A stretch of DNA of 64,000 bases from Hemiscyllium ocellatum. Taxonomy: Eukaryota. A program made the translations under genes and the position numbers. The notes beneath the pieces are model-generated. The model did not search any database and was not told the DNA's origin. It saw nothing but the letters and a program-made list of their open reading frames with translations. This document shows positions 1 through 11,008 of the stretch, piece by piece. Location: positions 4,915,239-4,979,238 of the forward strand of contig NW_026867487.1 in assembly GCF_020745735.1 (NCBI RefSeq), read 5' to 3'. How positions within the stretch are numbered: position 1 is the first letter of the stretch; each line of letters begins with the position of its first letter.

Positions 1-29
1 AGTGTCTTCATATGTCAGGACTGCCATCC

Positions 30-416
30 CAGAAAATCAGTCTGGTGAACCTTCTTTTCTCTCTCTCTCTCTCTCTCGCTGTCTCTCTCTCTGGCTTCAG
101 TCTCTGACACAAAATTATTGAACACAATATCCCCATTGTATGCATGCTGGTCATCAAGCACCTATTAAATCTTTTCCCATTTTCTGCCACTTAACACTAT
201 ATTGTGGTGCCTTTTGTTTGATCCATCTAAACATTTCAAGGTTACAAAGGTTCCTGCATCTGCTACCATTTCAAATGTTGCCAGCTCTGCTGAATGGCTC
301 CAGCATTTTCTGATTTTATTTCAGATTTCCACTGTTTTGCTTAAGTTAGTATCACGTAGAGTTATACAGCACGCAAACTGACCCTTTGCTCCAAGTCATC
401 CATGCCGACTAGATAG
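30..416 (+). repeat. Diverged direct paralogue of 1905-2460 (continues at 1044-1145 after the LTR)
   Basis: AATCAGTCTGGTGAA at ~34 and ~1906. TTGAACACAATATCCCCATTGTATGCATGCTGGTCATCAAGC (~118) matches TTGAACGCAATGTCCCCATCGTATCCATATTGTCATCAAGC (~2181). Shared GGTTCCTGCATCTG and CCAGCATTTTCTGATTTTATTT blocks. Confidence 0.8.
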
Positions 417-1043
417 TGTAAATATATATATATAAAAAAACTTACCTGGAAACTAAATTGTCGGGTCTGGGTGGCGTGTCCTCGGCGCTCGGAGGTCACG
501 TGGTCCTCTGATGCGCGCGCAGAGGATGATCACGTGATGCTCCGGGACGCGGGCGCGGTCACGTGGTCTCCCTGTTTCGCGCTCCGGGAGCTCACGTGAT
601 CGGCTGTTTCGCGCCCTGGAAGTGGGCGAGACTGCCATTTTGCCCTCGAAAGGAGGCCGCATGGTGGTCCTTTTATCTCCGAAAAAGGGAAGGTCACGTG
701 AGATCGGACAGCCGGAAATGCGAGGAGGCGGGGAATGGAATCGGAGCAACAGCCAATGAGAAGACAGTTTCACTTGAGTGATGGTATGATGTTTTGTATA
801 GTATAAAAGACTGGATCAGGGACAGAGTGGTCTTTTTTCTTTGTGAACTGACTGACTTAGTAGTTTGTCAGGGACAGAAAGGTTTAGACCCAGAGCTCAG
901 TATACTTTATCCACTTATTGTTAGAATAAAACTAAAAGTGCAAGATTAAATGTTTTTTCTTATTGCTTTATTTTAAAGAGCACGCAGGACCTGGCTCACA
1001 CATAAAAGATAATAAGTTTGTAGGTTGAGCCTAAAGTCCATCA
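417..1043 (+). mobile_element. Solo LTR (627 bp, TG...CA, 4-bp TSD ATAG)
   Basis: ATAG at 413-416 and 1044-1047 flank TG...CA. Rejoined flanks (AGATAG|CCTAAACTGATC) match the empty paralogous site AGATAACCTAAATTGATC at ~2454. CCAAT 753-757, TATAAAA 802-808 and AATAAA 925-930 occur in U3-R order. Confidence 0.85.
490..810 (+). promoter_or_regulatory. CpG-rich LTR U3 with 5 TCACGTG E-boxes, 2 TTTCGCGC E2F-type sites, YY1-, ETS- and CCAAT-like motifs and a TATA box
   Basis: TCACGTG at 496, 530, 559, 592, 694; TTTCGCGC at 575, 607; GCCATTTT at 634; CCGGAAAT at 712; CCAAT at 753; TATAAAA at 802. Confidence 0.65.
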
Positions 1044-1399
1044 ATAGCCTAAACTGATCTAGTCCCATTTGCCAGCATTCGGCTCGTGTCTCTCTGAACC
1101 CTTCCTATTAATGTCTCCATCCAGATGCCTTTTAAAATGTTTTAATTGAGACCTGCACAAGTCTGACCGATTGCCCCTGGGCAGAGCTTAGAGAAATCTC
1201 TTGGCGGATTTGCGAGTTCCATTGGTTCCCATCCCCCGTCAGACCAATTTGAAATCTCACCAGTGTGTCGACTTAGATGGGTCAAATTAAGTTCAGGAAG
1301 TGGGTGATAGAATATTAGTTAGTGATGCAGTCCGCGGCTCAAAGAGAAAACAAAGGATTAAACGAGGCTGGGGGCTCTGCTCATACGTCAGTCCTGACA

Positions 1400-1897
1400 T
1401 CACTCTGCCGAGGACATGGAGGTCCTGGGCCTCCTTCACCGCCGCTCCCTCACCACCAGACGCCTGGAGGAAGAACGCCTCATCTTCCGCCTCAGAACAC
1501 TTCAACCCCAGGGCATCAATGTGGACTTCAACAGTTTCCTCATTTCCCCTTCCCCCACCTCACCCTAGTTCCACGCTTCCAGCTCAGCACTGTCCCCATG
1601 ACTTGTCTGTCCTGCCTAGCTCCTTTTCCACCTATCCACTCCACCCTCTCCTCCCTGACCTATCACCTTCATCTCCTCCCCCACTCACGCATTGTACTCT
1701 ATGCTACTCTCTCCCCAGCCCCACCCTCCTCTAGCTTATCTCTCCACGCTTCAGTCTCTCTGCCTTTATTCCTGATGAAGGGCTTTTGCCCGAAACGTCG
1801 ATTTCGCTGCTCGTTGGATGCTGCCTGAACTGCTGTGCTCTTCCAGCACCACTGATCCAGAATCTGGTTTCCAGCATTCGCAGTCATTGTTTTTACC
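1400..1897 (+). mobile_element. Penelope-like (family 1, Neptune-like) 3' fragment with hammerhead motif
   Basis: Encodes EDMEVLGLLHRRSLTTRRLEEERLIFRLRTLQPQGINVDF, homologous to the C-terminus of the 21858-23300 ORF. CTGATGAAGGGCTTTTGCCCGAAACGTC at 1772-1799. Confidence 0.85.
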
Positions 1898-2884
1898 ATC
1901 CTAGGAATCAGTCTGGTGAATCTCCTTTAGACTCTTTTTCAATGGCCAGGGCATCCTTCCTTGGGGAAGGAGAACAAAGGTGAATACATTACACCAGGTG
2001 TGGACTTAGCAAAGCCCAAACAGAGTGATATCCCTGCTCCTCTACTCAAATCTTCTCACTGTGAAGGCCAGTGGGTCATTCGCATTCTTCACAGTGTGCC
2101 ACTGCTGCCTGCTTCCTAAAAGAGAGAGTCACAGTGAAACACAGAACAAAATGGGTTCAGAGTCTCTGGTGTGAAATTTGTTGAACGCAATGTCCCCATC
2201 GTATCCATATTGTCATCAAGCCCCTGTTTACTCTAATCCCATTTTCCGGTACTCAGCATGTATAGTGCCTCTAAACACTAAGGTTGTAATGGTTCCTGCA
2301 TCTGTTTCTATTTTATTTCCTGCCAGACCTGCTGAATGTCTCCAGCATTTTCTGATTTTATTTTGGGTTTCCAATATTTTGCTTGAGTACTTAATATCAT
2401 GTAGGAATACAGCAAGGAAACAAACCCTTTGGTCCAACTTGTCCATTGCAATCAGATAACCTAAATTGATCGAATCGCATTTGGCCCATATCCATCTAAA
2501 CACTTCCTATTCATGTACCATTCAGATGACATTTTACTGGTGTAACTGCACCTGTCTCCACTACCTCCTCATTTCATACATGCACCACCCTTTCTGAAAA
2601 GATTGCCCCTCAGGTCCCTTTTTAAATCTTTCCCCTCTCACCTTAAACCTATGTCCTCTAGTTTTGAACTCCCTTAACCTTGATTTAAAAAGTCCTCAGC
2701 TATTCACCCTATCCATGATCCACATAAGATCATTCCTTAGACCCTGACACTTCAGAGGCAAAAAAGGCCCAGTGTATTGAGCCTCTGTAACACATCTCTC
2801 CAATTCCAGCAACAACTTTTAAGTCTTTTATGAATGCTTTCAAGTTTAACAGCGCCTTTGCGATTTTTGAGAATTTTTGCACCT

Positions 2885-3923
2885 CTGGTTGAGGTGCAGG
2901 TTGTAAGTTTGCTCGGTGTGCTTGTTTTCTGACATCTCGGTGTTGTGTCCCACTTTCTGTTTGTGTGTCTTGGTCTCTTAAGGTGGCGATTGCCATTTCT
3001 AGTTCTTTTTCTCAGAGGTTTGTAAATGGGGTCTAAATCGACATGTTTATTGATGGAGTTCTGGTTTGAATGCCAGGCCTCTAGGAATTCCCGTGCGTGT
3101 CTCTGTTTAGTCTGTCCTCGGTGGATATGTTGTCCCATTTGAAGTGGTGTCCGTAAACGGAGCTGCATCAAGACATTATTTAAATGGACCACAACACACT
3201 GCAGCAACCCAGAACTATGAGCAGCGGAAGTAAAATACCTATACCGTGTATTCAAGAAGGAGTACCCAATAAACGGTCCGCTGATTCTTAAACAAAAACC
3301 CAAACAAGTAGACACAACATGTGCAAAAACTCTCGCCGCACTACCATATATCAAAAACATTTCAGAGTTGACTACCAGACCACTCTGACCCCTTGGTATC
3401 ATGGTAGCCACAAATCTACCAATGCACTGAAACAGCTACTGATGAGCACAAAGGACCCTATACCAACAACCAGCAAAATGAGTGTCATTTACAAAGTACC
3501 ATGCAAGAACTGTAACAAACACTACATTAGACAGACAGGCAGAAAACTAGCCACCAGGATACACCAATACCAATGAGCCAACAAAAGACATGACCCACTA
3601 TCACTAGTATCCTTACATACAGATGAAGATGACCACTATGACTGCGACAACATATTCATCTGAGGACAGGCTAAACAGAGAGAGAGACAGAATATCCTAG
3701 AGGACGGCATTCAAACCGGAACTTCATCAATAAACACACTGATTTGGACCCATTTACCAACCTCCTGAGGAAAAAAAAAACCGGAAATGATATCACCCAC
3801 CTTTAAGAGACCAAGAGATACGAATAGAATGGGGGACAGAACATCAGCGCTTCACCGGAGGCTCATGTGGTGATGAAATGTCTGAAGACAAACCTGTCAG
3901 CTCAGCAAGCAAACTTCCAACCT
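2885..3923. mobile_element. Penelope-like (family 2, Poseidon-like) inverted insertion: minus arm ~2885-3150, plus arm ~3150-3923
   Basis: Plus arm encodes a decayed GIY-YIG (VIYKVPCKNCNKHYIRQTGRKLATRIHQYQ). Minus arm encodes the same C-terminus (AREFLEAWHSNQNSINKHVDLDPIY). Both outer ends carry the GCAAACTT(A/C)CAACCT terminus. Confidence 0.8.
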
Positions 3924-4575
3924 TTAATGATTTTTTTTCCTGCAGCAGGGAGAGCAGAACTGAATATAGTCTTCCAAAATCGGCCAAACCCATGTCCAAT
4001 ACAGCCCACACCTGCTGTACTCAATGACTGACCAATAAAGGTCATTTCAAATGTCACCTTCACCACCCTGTCTACCTGCAACCCCACTTGCAAGAAACCT
4101 GTGCACTTGTTCTTAGCCCTTTGGAGGCATTGAAGGATATGGAGAAATAACAGGATTCAGTTGGAGATGAATAAAATGTGTCTGCTTTGTACCCGCCTCT
4201 CCCACCTTGATCTCTCTGTAGTTTGGGGCAAACACTAACTGGTTCCCTTCCCTAAAGGATATGTATGGGCCAGTTCAGTTTAGTTATGATGATCTAGCAG
4301 CTTTCTTCACTGTCATTTCCACAACTGACCAGATCAATTGCTCTCGGTTTCACAAGCTGGGTGTTCTTCTGATTTCTCCTAATGCCTTTGTTTTGTGTTT
4401 GAAAGGTTGACTTGCATTTAGAGACTTCAAATGGAAACACGTCCAGATCTAAACAGTCATTCCACTTCTCATAACCTAATTAGCGCAGAATTTTCAGCAT
4501 TAGAGGAAGAAGCAACATTCACACAGGGGAGAAACACATGCGGTGTGTGGATGATTCAGTGAACAGTCATTTGAA

Positions 4576-5814
4576 ATGTCCAAACGCCAGCGCAGACAAA
4601 GTGGGAAGAGACTGTGGAAATGTCAGGATTGTGGGAAGGGATTTCTTTGTCCATCCAAGCTTGAACTTCACCAACGCAGTCACACTGGGGAGAAGCCATT
4701 CACTTGCTCCGACTGTGGGAAGGGCTTCAGTCGGTCGTCACGCCTGCGGATCCACCAGCGGGTGCACACTGGAGAGAGACCATTCACCTGCCCGATGTGC
4801 GGGAAACCATTCGCTGAGTCATCCAGCCTTCTGAAACACCAGCGAATTCACACTGGAGAGAGACCGTTCACCTGCTCGGATTGTGGGAAGGGATTTGCCC
4901 TATCGTCCAACCTGCGGATCCACCAGAGACACCACACAGGGGACAGGCCGTTCACTTGCTCCACGTGTGAGATGGGATTCTGTCAGTTATCAAGCCTGCA
5001 GATACACCAGCGAGTTCACACTGGCGAGAGACCATTCACTTGCTCCCTGTGTGGGAAAGGATTCAGTCAGTCATGCAACCTGCTGACACACCAGCGAGGG
5101 CACAGTGGGGAGAGGCCATTCACCTGTTCTGAATGTGGAAAAGGATTCATTCGCTCGTCTGAACTACTGAAACACCAGCGCATTCATACCGGAGAGAAAC
5201 CATTCACATGCTCTGATTGTGGGAAGGGATTTACCCAGTCGTCCAACCTGCAGAGACACCAGCGCGTTCACACTGGGGAGAGACCATTCACCTGCTCAGT
5301 GTGCGGGAAACCATTCGCCGACTCATCCACCCTTCTGAAACACCAGCGAATTCACACTGGAGAGAGACCGTTCACCTGCTCGGATTGTGGGAAGGGATTT
5401 GTCCTGTCGTCCAACCTGCGGATCCACCAGCGAGTTCACACTGGGGAGAGACCGTTCACTTGCTCCACGTGTGGGATGGGATTCGGTCAGTTATCCAGCC
5501 TGAAGATACACCAGCGAGTTCACACTGGTGAGAGACCATTCACTTGCTCCCTGTGTGGGAAAGGATTCAGTCAGTCATGCAACCTGCTGACACACCAGCG
5601 AGGGCACAGTGGGGAGAGGCCATTCACCTGTTCTGAATGTGGAAAAGGATTCATTCGCTCGTCTGAACTACTGGAACACCAGCGCATTCACACCGGAGAG
5701 AAACCATTCACATGCTCCAATTGTGGGAAGGGATTTACCCAGTCGTCCCACCTGCGGAGACACCAGCGTGTTCACACCCGGGAGAAAGAGTCACTTGGTC
5801 AAGCTACCTGCTGA
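4576..5814 (+). CDS. C2H2 zinc-finger protein A, 14 tandem fingers, no N-terminal effector domain
   Basis: 412-aa ORF with 14 CxxC-x12-HxxxH fingers and TGE(R/K)PF linkers. Candidate acceptor TTTGTTTTGTGTTTGAAAG ends at 4405. In-frame TGA at 4552 precedes the ATG. Confidence 0.9.
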   Translation: MSKRQRRQSGKRLWKCQDCGKGFLCPSKLELHQRSHTGEKPFTCSDCGKGFSRSSRLRIHQRVHTGERPFTCPMCGKPFAESSSLLKHQRIHTGERPFTCSDCGKGFALSSNLRIHQRHHTGDRPFTCSTCEMGFCQLSSLQIHQRVHTGERPFTCSLCGKGFSQSCNLLTHQRGHSGERPFTCSECGKGFIRSSELLKHQRIHTGEKPFTCSDCGKGFTQSSNLQRHQRVHTGERPFTCSVCGKPFADSSTLLKHQRIHTGERPFTCSDCGKGFVLSSNLRIHQRVHTGERPFTCSTCGMGFGQLSSLKIHQRVHTGERPFTCSLCGKGFSQSCNLLTHQRGHSGERPFTCSECGKGFIRSSELLEHQRIHTGEKPFTCSNCGKGFTQSSHLRRHQRVHTREKESLGQATC

Positions 5815-6559
5815 TACACCAGCCTATTCAATCAATGGAGAGACAGTTCACTTCTGTATTTGGGAAATGATTTAAGCTGTTAACACACCAGCAAAATGAC
5901 ACTAGGTAGATCTGTTCACCTGCTGTGTTTGTGTAAAAGAGTTTGTGAATTTGCATGGTGTAAGCAAATAGCAAAGAACCACAGGTGTAGGGTTTTGATT
6001 TTACTCACACTAAAATGAACATTGGGCCATTTGTATTGATGCTATTAATGAAAAGGGGCTAATATTGTAGATAGAATTATGTTACAATTGTGTATCTGTA
6101 AGATAGATTTTGAAAATAATGTCGCTTTACATCGACACATTTATGCTGCATATTGTTTGTAAGTTGTTTTTCAGGTTCATCAGGATTAGTTAGACCAACC
6201 ATGAGTTCCTTACTAACTGTCAGCATTGGATTTTTATGCTATTGTGGGATAACAAAAATCAGCCTTTTGCTAAAACTAAGCTACATAAAGTCTTTGTCTA
6301 ATTCTGAGTGCCTCAGATATAAGATAATCAGTGTCCTTCACACAAGCAGTTGGCAGAAGGCATGACCAGAGTAAGACATAAACTGAAATGCTGGCAATTT
6401 AGTTCCAAGTGCTGTTGTGACGCATGCAACTTAACTTGGCAAGCAGATGGGATACAGAGAGAATGTCCAAAAGGTTAATAAGAAAAGAGAAGAATGAACA
6501 AGAGGGTCAGAAAGGCATTGACATCAGGTACAAGGGAGTTCGATGTAGTTGAATAGCAT

Positions 6560-7200
6560 TTATTACAATCATAAATTAAGAACAGGGTATGACTACATTG
6601 CTGTCACAGACAATGGTTGAGACAGACAGCATTGGAAGCTGAATACTCCAGGAAAAACGATCTTCATGCGAGAAAGAGAAGGAGGTGGCATTACAAGGTT
6701 CAGGGAATTTATTACAGCAGTAAGGAGCGATGGCATCTTAGAAACCTCCTTAAATTAATCCGTATGGGTAGAACAATTAGAGCTGCTAAGGAGGCAAATT
6801 TCAGCCACATGTAAAAGTGTTAGGGTCACGAGAGTGGGGGATTTCAACTTCCCCAACATTAACTGTGGTGATCATTGTGTGAAAGGTTTTGAGGAAGTTT
6901 TTGGATAGATTCAGGACAGCTTTTGAAACCAATATGTAAAATGCCAACAAGGAAGGGGGACGTCCAAGACTTGACTTTAGATAACAGAAGTGGGCAACTG
7001 TATCAGTGGGGGAGTATTTTGCAGACAATTGTCAGAACCGTTAAAAAAGATTCAGGATTGTTATGGAAAAAGGACAAGGCTGGGCCTCAAATCAATGTTT
7101 GAAATTGGTTGATTTTAATAAGACCAAATGCGATTTGGCCAGAATGTGCAGGGAGTAGATATTTTCAGGTAAATGTGCAACAGGGAAGTTAAATAGGGAG
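6560..7200 (+). mobile_element. Old CR1-type LINE endonuclease fragment
   Basis: Decayed YDYIAVT..WL..W.LN.PG and GDFNFPNIN motifs, and a LSVGEYFAD-like segment. Confidence 0.6.
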
Positions 7201-7821
7201 ATATGAGGAGAGCTGTACAGAGAACCTGAATTATACAGCCAGGTAAAATAAAGGGAAATGCTCAATTGTCATACAGGTATATTAATAGATAAAAGATAAT
7301 AGGCGAAAGAGTAAGGCCCTTAATTTCAATCTCAAAATTCTCCATAGTTCGCCCGTCCCACTCGTGAACACTGACACAAAGTATTCATTTACAATCAGGC
7401 TGACATTCTCCAGTTCGAAACACTGATTACTGCTGTTGCCCTGAAAGAAACTAGCATGGAGAGTGAGAAGGTTTTGAGTCATCTGGCAGGCTAAACTGCG
7501 GATAAAGCCCCACAATCAGCAAGTTGCAACCTGACTACATTTGCATGGCAGTATCAGCCAAGTTAAGCCACCTCATGATAACCTCTATTTGTGCCTCTTA
7601 ATAACACGTCTGGAACGGGGAGACCAGCAGGAGGAATAAGTTTGTGAAATCCAGAGGGCAGTAGAAAACAGCAAGTGTTCCCAACATTGGGGTGTAACCC
7701 AGGCTGTTAACTCCAGCCTCTTGACATTCCAAAATCTGACTAGAAAAGGTACTGTGTGCCCTATGACTGGTGAACCTCATCATTGACACTGTCCCCTTTA
7801 TCTAATCACTCATTCGATGTC

Positions 7822-8130
7822 CTGATGCAGGTGGCCAATGACACTGCAAAGGCCTTGGAATGAAATAAGCACTGAAATGGTAGCTGTCTGTAAAACAGTG
7901 CTGATTGAATACTAGCTGAAAACACAGCCACTTGTGCCATAATTGGGATTGAACGCTGTGCTTCTATCCCAGATAACTCTGAAGCCATCACCGATTTAGC
8001 AGCACCTCGACAAAAACAGATGGATAAGCTATGTGGAGTTGGGCAACATTCTAGTCAGGATGCTTGGGAAGCTCCCTGGTGTTATTCTTTGTCGAAATTC
8101 TCATTTTATATTCTTTGCTTTTATTAGTCA
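7822..8130 (+). pseudogene. env: Decayed retroviral env transmembrane subunit (class I/gamma-epsilon type)
   Basis: With frameshifts it reads LMQVANDTAKALE/EISTEMVAVCKTVL../ILAENTATCAIIGIERCASIPDNSEAITDLA. This is a heptad repeat, a partly deleted immunosuppressive-domain position and CX6CC with one TGC>CGC change (7933-7959), followed by a hydrophobic stretch. Confidence 0.7.
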
Positions 8131-8289
8131 AATGATGTTGCCATCAGGCGGTCTCTACCGCAGCCCACCAAGTAAGTCTTCTGAAAGCGAAATAACCCGT
8201 GAGGCAATCATTCTTGTATTAATAGCTTATCTACGTACTTGCGAGCTTTGTGATTTGCTCAAGGAGATGGGGGGAGGGAGGGGTATGAT

Positions 8290-9028
8290 TGTTACAGCTG
8301 CCCATGACTGAGAGGCGCAAAGTGGTTGATGGAATGCAGTAGAACAATAACATTTACTGTCAAGGATTGCTCCATGAGCAAGGCCATAGATTATAACATT
8401 AACATTAGATTAATATAGTTTCACAAGTAGCACAATAGCAGCTTTGTAAAACATAGATAATCACATGCAACGTGAGTAATCCCAAGTAGAACAAGAGAAT
8501 ATTTGATTCAGCTAGCACAAGTCAAGGTTGCAGAGTTTTTTTTAATAATTTAATCTGTAATATACTGAGAGAAATTAGTAAATTATTCAAACCAGTTTCG
8601 TTCACTAAAAGTACCCCCCTCCCCTTATCATTGCAGTTTGTATTCCCTGTAGTGAGAAATTTAAACGTTCCTGGTCTAATTCATTGGCAATTGACACGGT
8701 GCAGAAGGATAAGAAAGTCTGTGCAAACGTCATGACCGAGTGTGGACAACATACCTGTCCATCTCAGCCATTAGCATGCCAGGAACCAGTTACAGATTGA
8801 CAACTCCACTCTGCTGACCATTGGTAATCCCAGGAGGCTGTTTATAAGTTGATACTTTTTTTTTGTGTGACTTTTTAATTGTATGTTCCCTGTGACTTGG
8901 TCTCTGAAAATATTTGATCCAACACCAGTGCTCTAGGTGTTGCATATTTGGCCTTTTAGAATGCATTTCAGATGGTGCCATGTGGCACGTTGGTTAGAAA
9001 TTCAGAAATCTTTGGGTCCTTGGTAACA
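8290..9028. mobile_element. Candidate LTR (739 bp, TGTTAC...GTAACA) following a polypurine tract
   Basis: Perfect 6-bp terminal inverted repeat at 8290-8295 and 9023-9028. Purine tract AAGGAGATGGGGGGAGGGAGGGG at ~8261-8283 lies downstream of env. No clean TSD. Confidence 0.55.
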
Positions 9029-9610
9029 TGGATAGGAAACAGAGGGGAGATAAACATGAGCACTGCTCTGCTTTGAGACAATTTGAAAGTGGCGTTCCTC
9101 ATGGATCGGTATTGATATCCTCGATTTTTCTGAGTTATGTAAACAATTTGGAGATAGGTTTTGAGGGTGACATCTCGAAATTTATAAATGATAAGCTGTG
9201 CAGAATAGTGAACTGTGAGGATCACGTTAAGCGACTTCAGACAGATATTGACAAGTTGGCAAAATGGGCAGACACCTGGCAGATGAATTCCAATGCAGAG
9301 AAATGCAAGATAATGCATCGTGCTCGAAGATGCAAAGAGCCACAATACAGGTCCTTATGTCCCCTTTTTGCTCTCCTGATTTCTTTCTCAAGTACACTCC
9401 ACTGCCTTTATACTCTAAGGATTCACTTGATCTCTGCTGTCGACACCTAACATATGCTTCCTTCTTTTTCTTGACCAAAACCTCAATTTCTCTAGTCATC
9501 CAGCATTCCCTAGACCTACCAGCCTTGCCTTTCACCCTGACAGGAACATACTATCTCTGCACTCTCACCATCTCATTTTTAAAGGCATCCCATTATCCAG
9601 CAATCCCTTT
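9029..9610. mobile_element. CR1-type LINE ORF2 fragments (plus 9029-9350, minus 9350-9610)
   Basis: SGVPHGSVL...LQTDIDKLAKWADTWQMNSNAEKCKIMH on plus; KGKAGRSRECWMTREIEVLVKKKKEAY on minus. Confidence 0.8.
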
Positions 9611-10029
9611 AGTCTGTAAGAATAAATCAATGTACCCCCTCCATATCAATCAATCCTTATGTAAGATGAGAACATTAATTCATTAGATTGTCTCCTTGCT
9701 TTTAGTCAATCTTCCCTGGAGACCCCTCCCACAATCCTCCACATTTCCACGGTTTCTCCAAGGTGTGGGTGTCCTTGTGTCATTGAAGCCTTCCTCTCGT
9801 ACAAAATAAACCTATTGCTTAATTACTCCTGGAAAAAGTACCATCTTTTTCAGATTGTTAAAATACAATATTCCCCCAATACCTGCGGCAATACCCCCAA
9901 TTCCAGGACCTACAGCAGAACCCCAAAATATCAGATCGGAGCGAACCCATTCATTTGAATGGGAAATGTACCCTCCTGGTAGCCTCCTGGGCCATAGTTC
10001 CCTACATAGGGGGACCTTGCTTATCTGAA

Positions 10030-10624
10030 AGAGATGGGGGAGCACTATTTCGTTCAGATAATTGATTATTCGGATAATCGATTTGACCTTAAACAAGGCA
10101 AGCTATACTGATCTAATGCTGTGCTCTACCAGAGAGTTTGTTTAGATCTACAATTTTGTTGAGTCTGCTATTTAAACAAACTAATCTTTGCATTCTTCAA
10201 ATTGCAGGTTAAACTGAGAGGACTAAACCCTTACCATCACACATATATATATGAAATCCCAGCATTAAGCAAGGTCCCGAACAGCTTCTACAATCACAAG
10301 AGCATTTGTCAGTTTCCGGGAACTCAGTGTCACGATAGAAATACAGAAGCACCGCCTTGCATGTGCGTTTACTTTACTGGCCATTTTCTACATGAATAGC
10401 CCAGTAAAGTGATGGGAATAAAGCACTTATCTTTGCAAAGGGCTGTGTAACTAACCCATATGTTTAAAAAAAAATCCAGTCCTGATACTTAAGGTGCTTG
10501 TGTTTCTTTGCTTTTGCCAGCATTTTCACATGTTCTTCAGTACAGGTATCCAAATTCACTTGCCTCTTTGATGTAACGTTTTTGCGATCGAATAATTGAT
10601 TATTGGATAAGAGGTTCCTCTGTA
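10030..10624. mobile_element. Possible Tc1/mariner-pogo type non-autonomous DNA transposon remnant
   Basis: Repeated ATAATTGATTATT(C)GGATAA units at ~10058 and ~10592. Terminus GAGGTTCCTCTG followed by TA at 10611-10624. Only one terminus is visible. Confidence 0.35.
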
Positions 10625-10986
10625 ATATGTTCAGACTACAGTAATTGAACTGTAATTGGGTAACTGAAATCGCAGATAACAATTCCATGGATATGGGGGT
10701 GAACCTGCAATTAAATTTCTTTCCACAGTCACTGACACATGTGCGTGTACATCTCAATACTTTTGCAGTCACAATTTGTCCACAGTATGAGCACCTTTCC
10801 TTTCACATTCAAAAGTTGATGATGTTCGGATCAAGTAACTCTCAGATCTCAATCCATTCCATCAGTACCCTACAACAGACTAAACAAAAGTCAACACTGT
10901 CAGTACAGAATCGAAATTCACAACAGACAGTATTAACTGGAACATTTTTTTCCTCTCTTGTTCACCCAAAGCTGTAAATCCCAGCC

Positions 10987-11008
10987 ACACACACACACAC
11001 ACACACAC
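10987..11008. repeat. (CA)n microsatellite
   Basis: Direct reading. A (CT)n tract also lies at ~59-92. Confidence 0.9.

Noticed and set aside
440-790. Host CpG-island promoter or ORFs 453-773 / 563-781 as genes
   Set aside because: They lie inside a TG...CA element with a TSD and an empty paralogous site. The ORFs are GC-rich by-products.
4576-5814. PRDM9-like gene
   Set aside because: No PR/SET, KRAB or SSXRD sequence, and the fingers are not homogenised into a single-unit minisatellite.
4538-5875. Alternative-frame ORFs overlapping the ZNF genes (also in B-E)
   Set aside because: Shadow frames of the 84-bp finger repeat.
7598-7991. Minus-strand ORFs as an endogenous RNA-virus gene
   Set aside because: No recognisable motif; the plus strand is better explained as env TM.
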